DNA of 64,000 nt from Pyrinomonadaceae bacterium (GTDB lineage: Bacteria; Acidobacteriota; Blastocatellia; Pyrinomonadales; Pyrinomonadaceae): positions 1 to 64,000 of the forward strand of contig JBKBYA010000007.1 of NCBI GenBank assembly GCA_046313635.1. Reading direction: 5' to 3'. Position 1 is the stretch's first letter. Every line of letters starts with the position of its first letter. Positions 51,176 through 63,124 of this stretch are shown in pieces. The notes under the pieces were generated by a model. That model searched no databases. It saw only the letters and a program-made list of their open reading frames with translations, and was not told where the DNA came from. The translations under genes and the position numbers were made by a program.

Positions 51176-51178
51176 AAT
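51150..51178 (+). promoter_or_regulatory. Sigma70-type promoter for ftsH inside the tilS 3' end
   Basis: TTGAAA-N17-TAAAAT. Confidence 0.55.
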
Positions 51179-51295
51179 CTAGCGTTGACGCCTCGCGGGG
51201 CCCGGACGGCTTTGGGAACAACCGCCGCAAGCGAACTTTCATCATACGGCATTACAAAACTTTCAAATGGATGAAAGTTTTTTGGAGGCTATAAA

Positions 51296-53242
<1,947 letters not shown>

Positions 53243-53265
53243 CGAAGGTTGGAAGGCGTAAATGC

Positions 53266-53303
53266 AAAAAGGAGAAAAGCGACAAGCTTTTCTCCTTTTT
53301 TTC
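53266..53303 (+). terminator. Intrinsic terminator after ftsH
   Basis: AAAAAGGAGAAAAGC-GACAA-GCTTTTCTCCTTTTTTT. Confidence 0.8.
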
Positions 53304-53310
53304 ATTTGCA

Positions 53311-53345
53311 AAAATAGCTGACCGCTGTCAGCTGACAGCTATTTT
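53311..53345. repeat. AGCTGA-type heptamer palindrome
   Basis: AAAATAGCTGACCGCTGTCAGCTGACAGCTATTTT; same family as 32507. Confidence 0.6.
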
Positions 53346-53380
53346 CACTTTCGCTCTCGCCGCTTTCCTGCCGCGGCGAT

Positions 53381-54241
53381 TTGCAGTTAAATGCACTTGT
53401 GATCTGGAGCACTTCCCGACGCGAATTAGAGCTTGGTCGAACGCTTGTGATGGGCATCCTGAACGCGACGCCCGACAGCTTTTTCGACGGCGGTGCGGCA
53501 TTGGCGGTCGACGACGCGCTTCGGCGAGCGGAACAGATGATCTCTCAAGGGGCCGATATCATCGACGTCGGCGGCGAATCTACACGGCCGGGAAGCAGTC
53601 GCGTGTCGGTCGAGGAAGAGATCGGGCGCGTCCTGCCGGTCATCGAAAAGATCCGCGAAAAAGTTGACGTCCCCGTGTCGATCGACACGAGTAAGGCCGA
53701 GGTCGCACGCAGGGCGATCGACGCCGGGGCCGAGATCATCAACGACGTATCGGGATTGCAGTTCGATCCTGAGATGGCAGACGCGGCGGCCGAGTCGAAA
53801 GCAGGATTGGTGGTCATGCATCTTCGCGGCGGATTCGAAACGATGCACCGGCAGGAACCGGTCGAAGATATTTTCGAAGAGGTTTCAGGTTTTTTTCGTC
53901 GCACGATCGCTCAGGCAGCCGCGGCCGGTGTCGCTCGCGAATGCATCGCGCTCGACCCGGGCATCGGATTCAGCAAGACGCCAGAGCAGAATTTAGAGCT
54001 GATCGGCAAACTTGGTAGACTCATCGATGAGTTTCACGATCACCCGGTCCTGATAGGCGCGTCGCGAAAATCGTTCATCGGCAAGATCCTCGACGGAGCG
54101 CCCGCGGACCAGAGATTAAGCGGTTCTCTCGCGACAGCGGCCGTCGCGGTATGGAACGGTGCAAAGATCGTCCGCGTGCACGACGTGCGGGAGACGGTCG
54201 AAACGGTCAGGGTGGTCGAGGCGATCAGGAGTCAGTTATGA
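53381..54241 (+). CDS. folP: Dihydropteroate synthase
   Basis: MGILNATPDSF, DVGGESTRPG, SIDT, INDVSG, DPGIGF, SRKSFI, RVHDV; start may be GTG 53399. Confidence 0.96.
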   Translation: MQLNALVIWSTSRRELELGRTLVMGILNATPDSFFDGGAALAVDDALRRAEQMISQGADIIDVGGESTRPGSSRVSVEEEIGRVLPVIEKIREKVDVPVSIDTSKAEVARRAIDAGAEIINDVSGLQFDPEMADAAAESKAGLVVMHLRGGFETMHRQEPVEDIFEEVSGFFRRTIAQAAAAGVARECIALDPGIGFSKTPEQNLELIGKLGRLIDEFHDHPVLIGASRKSFIGKILDGAPADQRLSGSLATAAVAVWNGAKIVRVHDVRETVETVRVVEAIRSQL

Positions 54242-54789
54242 AGTTTGCAACGGCGAGCTGCCTGATGTTCGTTGTGCTCGCGACGGCGGGCTTTACCGAG
54301 TGCTACAAGCCCGTCACGAGCTCGGGCCTGCCAAAGAATATCCGCACGATCGCCGTGCCTGCGTTTCAGGCCGAGCCTCGCGGCCTGCGCTATCGCGTGC
54401 AGTCGCGCTTTACCGACGCCGTCTCGCGAGAGATCATTCGCCGCGGCAACGGGCTCAAGGTGCAGGGCTCGCCCGAGGGGGCCGACGCGGTGATCGAGGG
54501 CACTATTCGCGACTTCAGCTTCTCGGGCGTGCTGCTCGATCGCGAAGGCCGGGCCCGCGTCTACGAGGTCAATATCGTCTCGGCCGTGACGGTCCGCGAC
54601 GCGCGCGACAACAAGATCCTTTACGACAATCAGAATCTCGTCTTTCGCGACTCGTTCGAGTTCTCGTCCGACCCGCGTTCTTTTTTTAACGAGGAGGACC
54701 CGGCGGTCGAGCGCATCGCCCGTGCATTTGCGGAGTCGGTCGTCTCGGCGATCGTCAACGGCACCGGCGTCCGAGACGAAAAGAAATAG
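54238..54789 (+). CDS. lptE: LPS assembly lipoprotein LptE-like
   Basis: Signal peptide with Cys, GLPKNIRTIAVPAF, ADAVIEGTI; directly upstream of holA as in the conserved lptE-holA order. Confidence 0.75.
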   Translation: MKFATASCLMFVVLATAGFTECYKPVTSSGLPKNIRTIAVPAFQAEPRGLRYRVQSRFTDAVSREIIRRGNGLKVQGSPEGADAVIEGTIRDFSFSGVLLDREGRARVYEVNIVSAVTVRDARDNKILYDNQNLVFRDSFEFSSDPRSFFNEEDPAVERIARAFAESVVSAIVNGTGVRDEKK

Positions 54790-54818
54790 TCCGCCTTGCG
54801 AGCAGGCCTGGCCCGTTT

Positions 54819-55862
54819 ATGCCCGTCATCAAGCGACACGATCTGAGAAACCAGCTCAAACGGCGCGAGATCGCGCGCGTTTACACGCTCTTTGGGCCCG
54901 AGACGTACCTTCGCGATCTGGCCGCGAGGACGATCGCCGATCTGAGCTTTGGCGAGGGCGACCTGCGCGACTTTAACGAGACCGAATTCAGCCTGACGGT
55001 CGACGGCAATCTGCGCGCTGCCCTGGCCGCCGCCGAGCAGCTGCCGATGATGGCGTCGCGGCGGGTCGTTCGCTTGGCGGACGTACGCATCGCCGCGAGC
55101 GCAAACCGCGACACGCTCAAGGAGGACGACGAGGCGATACTCTCGCAGTACCTCGCCGACCCGTCGCCGACGGCCGTCGTCGTCTTTGTCGCAGATGAGC
55201 TCAACGGCGTGCGAAAGATGGGCAAGCTGCTCCGCGAGCGCTCGGTCGCGGTCGAATTTGACCGTCTGACCGACGAAGATCTGATGGCGTGGGCGCGCGA
55301 CGAGGTCAAAAAGCGCGGCGCGCATGCGGACGAGGCCGCGCTTCGGCACTTGATCGCGCTCGTCGGCCCCGACGTGCGTCGACTCACGATTGAGATCGGC
55401 AAGCTCTCGACGGCGGCGCTGCCTGACGGCGTCATCACATTCGAACTGGTCGACCGCCTCGTGCTCAACACTCGCGAGATCGACAACTTTCAGCTGAGCG
55501 AGCTGCTGCTCCGCGGCGACCGCGAGAGAGCTCTCCGCACATTGGCCAAGCAGCTCGACGACGGAGCCGAACCGGTCATGCTGGTCGGGATGCTGGCGTA
55601 TCACTTTCGCCGCCTGCTGATGGCCAAAGAGATGATGGACCACGGTCAGGATCGCGCCGAGGTCGCAAAGGTCCTGAAGATGCGCTACAGCGATCAAGAA
55701 CCATTTCTCGCCGCCGCGCGGCGCACCGACGCCCGGCGACTCAAACGCGCCGTGCGGCTGCTCGCCGACGCGGACATCGCTCTCAAGACCTCGCTCGGCG
55801 GCGGCCCGTCGGGCCCCCGCATGCAGATAGAGATGCTGGTCTGCCGTCTGCTCGTCACTTGA
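54819..55862 (+). CDS. holA: DNA polymerase III delta subunit
   Basis: VYTLFGPETYL, QLPMMASRRVV, EIGKL, ADIALKT. Confidence 0.92.
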   Translation: MPVIKRHDLRNQLKRREIARVYTLFGPETYLRDLAARTIADLSFGEGDLRDFNETEFSLTVDGNLRAALAAAEQLPMMASRRVVRLADVRIAASANRDTLKEDDEAILSQYLADPSPTAVVVFVADELNGVRKMGKLLRERSVAVEFDRLTDEDLMAWARDEVKKRGAHADEAALRHLIALVGPDVRRLTIEIGKLSTAALPDGVITFELVDRLVLNTREIDNFQLSELLLRGDRERALRTLAKQLDDGAEPVMLVGMLAYHFRRLLMAKEMMDHGQDRAEVAKVLKMRYSDQEPFLAAARRTDARRLKRAVRLLADADIALKTSLGGGPSGPRMQIEMLVCRLLVT

Positions 55863-55882
55863 TCCTGATCGGCGAAAAAAAA

Positions 55883-55973
55883 GATCGCAGGGGCAGCAAC
55901 CGTTGCTGACCGCGCTATGCCTCGCCCGGGAAAGGTCCAAACACACACACGGACGCTGTCTGCCCCTACGATC
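55883..55973. repeat. REP-like long hairpin between convergent genes (possible terminator or sRNA)
   Basis: GATCGCAGGGGCAG ... CTGCCCCTACGATC, preceded by A8. Confidence 0.5.
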
Positions 55974-56013
55974 GCTGACGCGCCCCGCGGCGCGTCAATC
56001 TCGGCTCACCGCT

Positions 56014-56742
56014 CTAAATGGGCTGAAGTTCGGCGGCTCGGTTGAAATAGTGATACAGCTCGTTATAGTCGTTCAGGGCGCGATTAAGTATCAGCGGCAG
56101 CTGCCGTACGTCGCCGCTGTTGACGATCAGATTCAGATTTCGCAAAAACGCCTCGTGAGCATTCATCGTCGTACCGTTGTCCTCGATCGAGACGAGAAAT
56201 AAACGGCGTCGCTCCGACGAGTAGAGCGCGTTGGCCCGCTGCTGTATGATCGCGGCCCCGCCATACTCGGTCGCAAAGTCCGGCGAAAAAATTACGATCT
56301 CGGTCTTGCTGTCGCGCATGCGCTCGTTTGCCTGCGCCGGAGTGTCGGCGAGATAGACCTTGTAGCCCGCGTCGGTCAGCACCTTTGCAGCGGCGTCGCG
56401 GACGCTGCCGAGACACAGCAGCACGCGTCGCGGCTTGAGCGCGGCGTCGTCCGATCCGGCGTCGTTGACCGCGCCTTTTTGCAGAGCGGTGAGCAGCGTT
56501 CTGAGCGCGGCGTTTATCTGGAACTCGGATTCTCTTGCGGCAAAGCCTTCAGACCCCGGGGCGGCCGGCTCAGGCTTGTCCTGCTCGAGCTGCGCGACGG
56601 GAGACGTGCCCTGGCCGTCGGCGGACTTTGTCGCCCGCAGCATGTTCTGGCAGCGCGGGCAACGCACGGTAAAGCGCCCGGACGGCACTTTGGACTCGTC
56701 CAGCTGAAGCGAGACTGAACAGTTGTCGCAGCGGATGATCAT
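56014..56742 (-). CDS. MJ0042-type zinc-ribbon protein with degenerate receiver-like C-terminal domain
   Basis: MIIRCDNC...LDESKVP...VRCPRC. Confidence 0.8.
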   Translation of the reverse strand: MIIRCDNCSVSLQLDESKVPSGRFTVRCPRCQNMLRATKSADGQGTSPVAQLEQDKPEPAAPGSEGFAARESEFQINAALRTLLTALQKGAVNDAGSDDAALKPRRVLLCLGSVRDAAAKVLTDAGYKVYLADTPAQANERMRDSKTEIVIFSPDFATEYGGAAIIQQRANALYSSERRRLFLVSIEDNGTTMNAHEAFLRNLNLIVNSGDVRQLPLILNRALNDYNELYHYFNRAAELQPI

Positions 56743-56744
56743 GA

Positions 56745-56846
56745 TGGTCGGTGGTCGGTGGTCAGTGGTCGGTGGTCAGTAGAGAGTTGTCGACGGTTAA
56801 CGGTCTTTATCTTTTCTGACCACTGACCACTGATCACTGATCACTG
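56745..56846. repeat. Inverted heptamer tandem repeats (GTGGTCG/GTGGTCA vs TGACCAC)
   Basis: 5x GTGGTCR ... 4x CTGAYCA. Confidence 0.85.
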
Positions 56847-58079
56847 CTACTCGATCATGTCGAGCACGGAGTGGGGATTGGCCGCGGTGGCGGTCGGAGC
56901 GACGGTCGGCACGTCGGCTGCCGGAGCGGCCTTGGCCGGCGGCCGGTTGCCGCCGTTCGCGGCATTCAAATAATCCTCGGTCGAGGACAGCCCCTTGAGC
57001 TGGAGCAAAAGATTGTTCTGGTTAGTGGCGTAGGAGAGGCCGTCCTCCATCGTGACGAGGCCCTCCTGGATAAAGCCGCGGATGACGGTGTCAAAATCCT
57101 GCATGCCGTCGAGCTCGCCGTCGCGGATCGCGTCGAGCAGCGTCTTGCCCTCGCTCTCGCCCTTTTCGATGTACTCGCGCGTACGCGGATTTGACTTGAG
57201 TATCTCGACCGCCGCGATGCGGCCCTTGCCGTCGGCCCGCGGCAGGAGGCGCTGCGAGACAATGTAGCGAAAAGACTGCGCAAGCCGTGTGCGGATGACG
57301 CGCTCTTCATTCTTCGGATAAAGGCCGATGATGCGGTCGATCGTCTTTGAAGCGTCGATGGTGTGGAGCGTCGAGAGCACGAGGTGACCGGTCTCGGCCG
57401 CCTCGAGCGCGATCTCGGTAGTCTCGAGGTCTCGCATCTCGCCGACGAGGATCACCTTCGGAGCCTGGCGAAGCGCGGCGCGCAGAGCCGACGCAAAGTC
57501 TTTGGTGTCGGCTCCGACCTCGCGCTGGTTGATGGTGCACTTTTTGTGACTGTGAAGAAACTCGATCGGGTCTTCGATCGTGACGATGTGGTAATACTTC
57601 GTCTCGTTGATGCGGTCGATGATGGCCGCGAGCGTCGAGCTCTTGCCTGAGCCGGTCGGGCCGGTCAGCAGGACGATCCCGTTTCGGAGCTCGGAGATCT
57701 GCGCGAGCTGCGGCGGCAGGCGCAGCGTCTCAAAACTCGGAATGTCGTGCGGGATCACGCGCATCACGATCGAGTACGAGTTTCGCTGCTGAAAGATGTT
57801 TACACGGAAGCGGCACTTGCCCGGGAGCGCGTAGCTCAGGTCTGCGGTCTTTAAAGTGGCGAGCTGGCGAGCGGCGTCCGGATGATCGCGCAGTATCGAC
57901 ATCGCGATCATCTCGGTCTGATACGCGCTCAGCTTGCCCATCCCCAGAGGCTGGACGGTGTGCAGCTTGCCGTTGATCTCGACCTGCGGCATCTGGCCGC
58001 ACGAAAAGTTGAGGTCGCTGACATTCTCAGAAACGTGCAGCATCTCTTCGATGATCGGGGCTACATCTAACAAACTCAT
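56847..58079 (-). CDS. pilT: PilT/PilU-family type IV pilus retraction ATPase
   Basis: RFRVNIFQQR, GPTGSGKSST, TIEDPIE, LVGEMRD, ETGHLVLSTLHT; ATG at 58079. Confidence 0.85.
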   Translation of the reverse strand: MSLLDVAPIIEEMLHVSENVSDLNFSCGQMPQVEINGKLHTVQPLGMGKLSAYQTEMIAMSILRDHPDAARQLATLKTADLSYALPGKCRFRVNIFQQRNSYSIVMRVIPHDIPSFETLRLPPQLAQISELRNGIVLLTGPTGSGKSSTLAAIIDRINETKYYHIVTIEDPIEFLHSHKKCTINQREVGADTKDFASALRAALRQAPKVILVGEMRDLETTEIALEAAETGHLVLSTLHTIDASKTIDRIIGLYPKNEERVIRTRLAQSFRYIVSQRLLPRADGKGRIAAVEILKSNPRTREYIEKGESEGKTLLDAIRDGELDGMQDFDTVIRGFIQEGLVTMEDGLSYATNQNNLLLQLKGLSSTEDYLNAANGGNRPPAKAAPAADVPTVAPTATAANPHSVLDMIE

Positions 58080-58264
58080 TTTATTGAGAAGCTCCTGGAG
58101 GCTTTGGCGGCGGAGAATCCAAAAGGCGTCGGCCGGAATTGTTTGGAAGATCTGTACGAGTCGCGGCGGGCGACCGTCTCGGCGAGTCGAAACTATTATC
58201 ACCGATGCCGCTGCGCGATGGCAAGACAATTTTCGGACGCGGCCGCGACGCGTCCATTTGACCT

Positions 58265-59026
58265 TTAATTGAGCAAAAAGCTGACGGTCACGGTCGCCTC
58301 GACCTTGATCGCGCCGGGTGCGAATGTCGCGACGGACTGCGATTGCGACATAACGCCGCTCGAGACGGTGTTGGCTGTAATGTTGGCGTTGAGGCTGTAG
58401 TTCTGATTGCCGGCGGTGCTCTCCGTAACGCGAACGGCGCGGCCGATCGTCTGGTCGACGGCCGACGCCATCGCGCGGGCCTTTTCGCGGGCGGCCTTCA
58501 TCGCGAGGTCGCGGGCCTTGTCCTTGTTCTCGCGAAGCTTGGACGTCTCAAATTTGACGCTGCTCACCTCGGTGATGCCCGTCTTCAAGGCCTCGGCAAA
58601 GAACTCCTCGAATCTCGAGATGTCGGTCAAACGAACGATCACAGTCTTTGAGACCTCGTAGCCCTTGAAGACACGCGTGCCGATCTCGTCGCCGTCCTCG
58701 TCAAAGACGCGCTTCTTCGGGTCGCGGATCGACTCGTACTTCATCTCGACCGAGATGTAATCGGTCTTGACGTTGCGCGGCTCGACATTGAATCGACGCG
58801 CAAGCTCGAGCAGCTTTGCGACGGTCTCGTCATTTTGCCGCTTGGCGACCTGCAGGTCCTTGTCGAGCTTGGTGACGTCGATGTTAAAGACCACCTCGTC
58901 CGGCGCGACCATCACCTCGGCATTGCCGGTCACGGTGATCAGCGGCATCTTGTCGATATCGGTCTGCGCGAATGTAGCGGCCGAGAGACACAGCAGCAAT
59001 GCGAGAGAACAAAAGAGGCTTTTCAT
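58265..59026 (-). CDS. SIMPL (DUF541) domain protein
   Basis: Signal peptide, ITVTGNAEVMVAPD, AMKAAREKA, VEATVTVSF. Confidence 0.88.
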   Translation of the reverse strand: MKSLFCSLALLLCLSAATFAQTDIDKMPLITVTGNAEVMVAPDEVVFNIDVTKLDKDLQVAKRQNDETVAKLLELARRFNVEPRNVKTDYISVEMKYESIRDPKKRVFDEDGDEIGTRVFKGYEVSKTVIVRLTDISRFEEFFAEALKTGITEVSSVKFETSKLRENKDKARDLAMKAAREKARAMASAVDQTIGRAVRVTESTAGNQNYSLNANITANTVSSGVMSQSQSVATFAPGAIKVEATVTVSFLLN

Positions 59027-59176
59027 ATTTTTTTCCGGGACTGTTCTTGCTGGCGGCAGCAAGCGGCCCGTGCGACATTCTAGCGAAAATCGTCGCACAG
59101 GCAATTTCACTCTATGGTTCGGCGACGAAGGGATTGGTTGCTTTGCGCGGGTACGTTCGAATTGTTCGGATCCCTC

Positions 59177-59200
59177 AATGCGGACGGGGGCGTCCGCATT
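59177..59200. repeat. Solo REP hairpin of the same family as the GH92 insertion
   Basis: AATGCGGACGGGGGCGTCCGCATT vs GCGGACGAGGGCGTCCGCGTT at 37440. Confidence 0.65.
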
Positions 59201-59222
59201 CGGACGGCGGCCCGGGTTTGGT

Positions 59223-60545
59223 ATGCTGTCGAGCGTGAGAGTGAAAGTTTGGATGACGGCCGCTGCGGCATGTCTCTTTCTGTCGGCGTGTGTGGAGCAG
59301 GACGGCGATCGTAACGCTCCGGTGAAGCACGGGGACCACAGTATCGCAGCTGATAGCGCCGTGAGGGTCTCGGCCGAGGGGACGGACTCGGCGGAGCCGG
59401 CGGTCGCGGCGGCGGCCGACGGGAGATTTTATGTCGCGTGGGTGCAGCATGGCGGCGAGGGCGGCGATGCGGTTTATGTGCGCGGGTTTGGTGTTGCGGC
59501 TGACGGCGCGCTTTCGCCGGCGGGCGATGCGGTGCGGGTGAGTCCGTCGGGTTCCAAGGCCAAATCTTGGCGCGGCGATCCGCCGACTGTACTTGTCGAC
59601 GGCGCGGGCGCGATCTATGTCGGCTGGAATGCGGCGACGTCATCGCCGGACGGCCGCATGAAGGGCAACGACCTGATGCTCTCGGTCTCGCGCGACGGCG
59701 GCCTAACATTCGACGCTCCGGTAAAGATCAACGACGACACGCGGCCGGCCTCGCACGGAATGCACGCTCTCGCGCTCGGGCCAGGCGGTCGCGTCTTTGC
59801 CGCGTGGCTCGACGAGCGATATCTCGCGGCTGTCAGATCGCAGGCCGCGCCGGTGCAGCCGGAGGATCACGCCGACATGCAGATGTCGGACGAGGCCGCA
59901 GAGCCAAACGCCGAGCTCTACTTTGCCGTCTCGACCGACGGCGGCCGGAGCTTCGCGGCAAACCGGCGCATCGCTGCGGACGTCTGCCCGTGCTGCAGGG
60001 TCTCGCTCGCCGCAGCGGACCCTTCGGTCTTTGTCTCGTGGCGTCAGGTGCTGCCGGGCGAGTTTCGCCATATCGCCGTCGCTTCGTCGACCGACGGCGG
60101 GGCGAGCTTCGGCGCGCCGGTCATCGTCAGCGACGATAAATGGAAGCTTACCGCCTGCCCGGTCTCGGGCCCGTCGCTGCTGCTGAATGACGGAGCCCTC
60201 GAGATCGTCTGGTACGCGGGCGGCGAAGCGGGACCGAGAGGATTTTACTGGTCGCGCTCGCACGACGGCGGAGCGAGCTTTTCGGCGCCGAGCCTCGTCG
60301 CGGCTTCGGATGCCGGCGGCCAGGCCGCGCTGATGCCCGGCTTCGCCGTCTGGAGCTCGGACGGCCGCGTCTCGTCAGCCGCGCTCGACGACGGCCGCGT
60401 CACATCGACGGCAGTTCTCGCCGAGGGTACCGACCCGCAGGCCGCTCTCGCCGGCGGCAGTGTTGTCGGCGCCTTTACCCGCAGCGACGACAGCGGCCAA
60501 TCATCCGTGTGGCTCACAAGCTCGCGACGATCATCAGAGAAATGA
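59223..60545 (+). CDS. BNR/Asp-box (sialidase-fold) lipoprotein with CPCC motif
   Basis: Lipobox LSAC, four SxDGGxxF Asp boxes, CPCCR, WKLTACP; start approximate. Confidence 0.8.
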   Translation: MLSSVRVKVWMTAAAACLFLSACVEQDGDRNAPVKHGDHSIAADSAVRVSAEGTDSAEPAVAAAADGRFYVAWVQHGGEGGDAVYVRGFGVAADGALSPAGDAVRVSPSGSKAKSWRGDPPTVLVDGAGAIYVGWNAATSSPDGRMKGNDLMLSVSRDGGLTFDAPVKINDDTRPASHGMHALALGPGGRVFAAWLDERYLAAVRSQAAPVQPEDHADMQMSDEAAEPNAELYFAVSTDGGRSFAANRRIAADVCPCCRVSLAAADPSVFVSWRQVLPGEFRHIAVASSTDGGASFGAPVIVSDDKWKLTACPVSGPSLLLNDGALEIVWYAGGEAGPRGFYWSRSHDGGASFSAPSLVAASDAGGQAALMPGFAVWSSDGRVSSAALDDGRVTSTAVLAEGTDPQAALAGGSVVGAFTRSDDSGQSSVWLTSSRRSSEK

Positions 60546-62728
60546 AGTTTGTACTCCTAATTGTCGTGCTGCTTGCGGCTCTGCACGCGGCCGCATCGGC
60601 GCAGAATGTGCTGCGTGCGACGGTCCGCAGCGAGCTGACTCGGGAGCCGATCGCCGGCGCCGCCGCAACGGCCAAAGAGGCCGGCATCACGGCGGCCGCC
60701 GATGCCGCGGGCCGCGTCGAGCTCGCGGGACTGCCGGACGGCGAAGCGACGATCGAATTCTTTTCGCCGGGCTTTGAAGTAAAAGAGATCAAGCTGACAT
60801 TCCCGCTCGCCGATCCGCGTCAGGCTGAGATGGAAATTCTGCTAAAGGTCACGAACGACGCCGGCGAGGTCACCGTGTCGACGACGCGCACCGGCCGCGA
60901 GATCGAGGCCGAGCCGACGCGCGTCGAGGCGATCGACGAAGAAGAGATCGACGAAAAGAGCTCGATGCGCTCGTCAAACGTCTCGATGATCCTCAACGAG
61001 AGCACGGGCATCAAGGTGCAGCAGACGAGCGCGACCGCCTACACGCAGAGCATCCGCATACAGGGCCTCGACGGCCGCTACACGCAGATCTTGAAGGACG
61101 GCTTCCCGGCCTACGGCGGATTCTCGGGCAGCCTAAGTCTGCTCGACATACTGCCGCTCGATCTGAAGCAGGTCGAGATAATCAAGGGGCCGGCCGCAAC
61201 CTATTACGGCGGCGGTGCGATCGCGGGCGTCGTCAACTTTATCAGCAAAGAGCCCGAGACCGGGCGGGCGACGACGTCGATGATATTTAACCAGACGTCG
61301 GCGCTCGGAACGGACCTGTCGGCGTTTCACACGCGAAGACTCGGACGCGTAGGCTACTCGGTGCTCGGCTCGCTCAACTTTCAAAAAGAGTACGACGTCG
61401 ACGACGACGATCTTACCGAGCTGCCGCGGACGAGATCTTTCGCCATCGACCCGCGACTGTTTCTCTATCCCGACGAGAAGACGCGCTTCTCGATCGGCAG
61501 CTCGACGACCGTCCAATCGCGGCGCGGCGGCGACATCTTTGTCATTCGCGGCCGAGGCGACGACCATCATCGCTACTTTGAGTACAACGACTCGCTGCGA
61601 AACGTGACGACCGTGCGATTCGATCGCGACCTCGCGCGGGGCCGACGCTTTGTCGCCAAGCAGAGCCTCGCCTTCTTTCGGCGCTCGATCGATGTGCCGG
61701 GCTATCGATTCGAGGGCGACCAGCTTGGCTCGTACACGGACGTGAGCTTTTTTCAGCCGGTCAAGCGGCACGCGCTGGTCTTAGGGTTCAACGCGGCGGT
61801 CGATCGCTTCAAAGACCGCTCGCCCGCGTCGAACGCTCTCGGGCGGCGCGACGAATCGAGAACTACATTCGGCGGCTACGTACAGGACACGTTTGACCTG
61901 ACGGGTAAGCTCGCTGTCGAGGCGGGATTTCGTCTCGACGCCGTCAGGGACTTTGGAGTCTTTGCCCTGCCGAGGGTCTCGCTGCTCTACCGCCTGAACG
62001 AAAAGCTGACGAGCCGTCTCGGCTTCGGTCTCGGCTACAAGGCGCCGACGATGTTTACCGAAGACGCCGAGACGCTGCTCTTCAGAAACGTCCTGCCTGT
62101 CGGCCGCGACGTCAAAGCCGAGCGCAGCCGCGGCGCGACATTCGACATCAATTACCGCGACCGTGTCGGCGAGGCGTTCGAATTCTCGATCAACCAGATG
62201 TTCTTTTACACGGAGATCACCGACCCGCTCGTGCTGGTGCGGCCCGACGGCGGCGCGTACCGACCGGCAACGGCGGCGAATTCGTCGGTCATCAGCCGCG
62301 GCATCGAGACGAATGTGCGGGCGTCGTACGACCTTTTCAAGCTTTTTGCGGGCTACACGTACACGTACGCCGAGGCCGGCTACCGCTCGCCGAATCAATT
62401 CCTGCCGCTTACGCCGAAGAGCCGGATCAACTCGGCGCTGCTCGCCGAGCGTGAGGACGATTTTAAAGCGGGCGTCGAGGCGTACTTTACGAGCAGCCAG
62501 TTTCTCGACGACGGCAGCCGCACGCCGAGCTACTGGGTCGTCGGACTGTTTGGCGAGAAGATATTCGGGAAGTTCAGTCTCTTTTTCAACGCCGAGAATG
62601 TTACAGATACGCGGCAGAGCCGGCTCGGCCGCGTCGTGACCGGGCCGCATCGAGAGCCGTCATTCGCGCAGATCTTTACGCATACTGAGGGCCGCGTCTT
62701 TAACGGCGGGATCAAGATCAGACTGTAA
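60542..62728 (+). CDS. TonB-dependent outer-membrane receptor with N-terminal carboxypeptidase-regulatory-like domain
   Basis: Signal peptide, IRIQGLDGRYTQILKDG, QVEIIKGP..YYGGGAIAGVVN, AENVTD; ATGA overlap with the upstream gene. Confidence 0.92.
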   Translation: MKFVLLIVVLLAALHAAASAQNVLRATVRSELTREPIAGAAATAKEAGITAAADAAGRVELAGLPDGEATIEFFSPGFEVKEIKLTFPLADPRQAEMEILLKVTNDAGEVTVSTTRTGREIEAEPTRVEAIDEEEIDEKSSMRSSNVSMILNESTGIKVQQTSATAYTQSIRIQGLDGRYTQILKDGFPAYGGFSGSLSLLDILPLDLKQVEIIKGPAATYYGGGAIAGVVNFISKEPETGRATTSMIFNQTSALGTDLSAFHTRRLGRVGYSVLGSLNFQKEYDVDDDDLTELPRTRSFAIDPRLFLYPDEKTRFSIGSSTTVQSRRGGDIFVIRGRGDDHHRYFEYNDSLRNVTTVRFDRDLARGRRFVAKQSLAFFRRSIDVPGYRFEGDQLGSYTDVSFFQPVKRHALVLGFNAAVDRFKDRSPASNALGRRDESRTTFGGYVQDTFDLTGKLAVEAGFRLDAVRDFGVFALPRVSLLYRLNEKLTSRLGFGLGYKAPTMFTEDAETLLFRNVLPVGRDVKAERSRGATFDINYRDRVGEAFEFSINQMFFYTEITDPLVLVRPDGGAYRPATAANSSVISRGIETNVRASYDLFKLFAGYTYTYAEAGYRSPNQFLPLTPKSRINSALLAEREDDFKAGVEAYFTSSQFLDDGSRTPSYWVVGLFGEKIFGKFSLFFNAENVTDTRQSRLGRVVTGPHREPSFAQIFTHTEGRVFNGGIKIRL

Positions 62729-62740
62729 CGCGAGAGGTCG

Positions 62741-63121
62741 TCAGCCGTCGGTGCGCGATCGGGCGATGAGTCTTGGGACGGCTTCTTCGATCAGGTCGAG
62801 GGCGTCGGGCTTGGTAAAGTACTCGGTCGCGCCGGCCTCGAATGCGATGAGCTTATCGGTCGGGCGGTCCATTCCGGAGAGAAAGATGATCGGCACGCGG
62901 CGGTCGACGGCGCGGATCCAGCGGCAGAGCTCGACGCCGCTCGTCTCGGGCATACGGTAATCCAGGATGTATGCGTCGTATGGGCGCTCGTCGGCCTTTT
63001 CCATTGCGGCGTCGGCGTCGCCGACGACGTCGACCTCGTAATTCGGACCGAGCCCTTTCAAAATGATCTCGATCGCACCTCGCGAATCGGGATCGTCATC
63101 GACACACAATATTCTTGGCAT
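62741..63121 (-). CDS. Single-domain response regulator
   Basis: ILCVDDD, ILDYRMP, KP. Confidence 0.9.
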   Translation of the reverse strand: MPRILCVDDDPDSRGAIEIILKGLGPNYEVDVVGDADAAMEKADERPYDAYILDYRMPETSGVELCRWIRAVDRRVPIIFLSGMDRPTDKLIAFEAGATEYFTKPDALDLIEEAVPRLIARSRTDG

Positions 63122-63124
63122 AGA

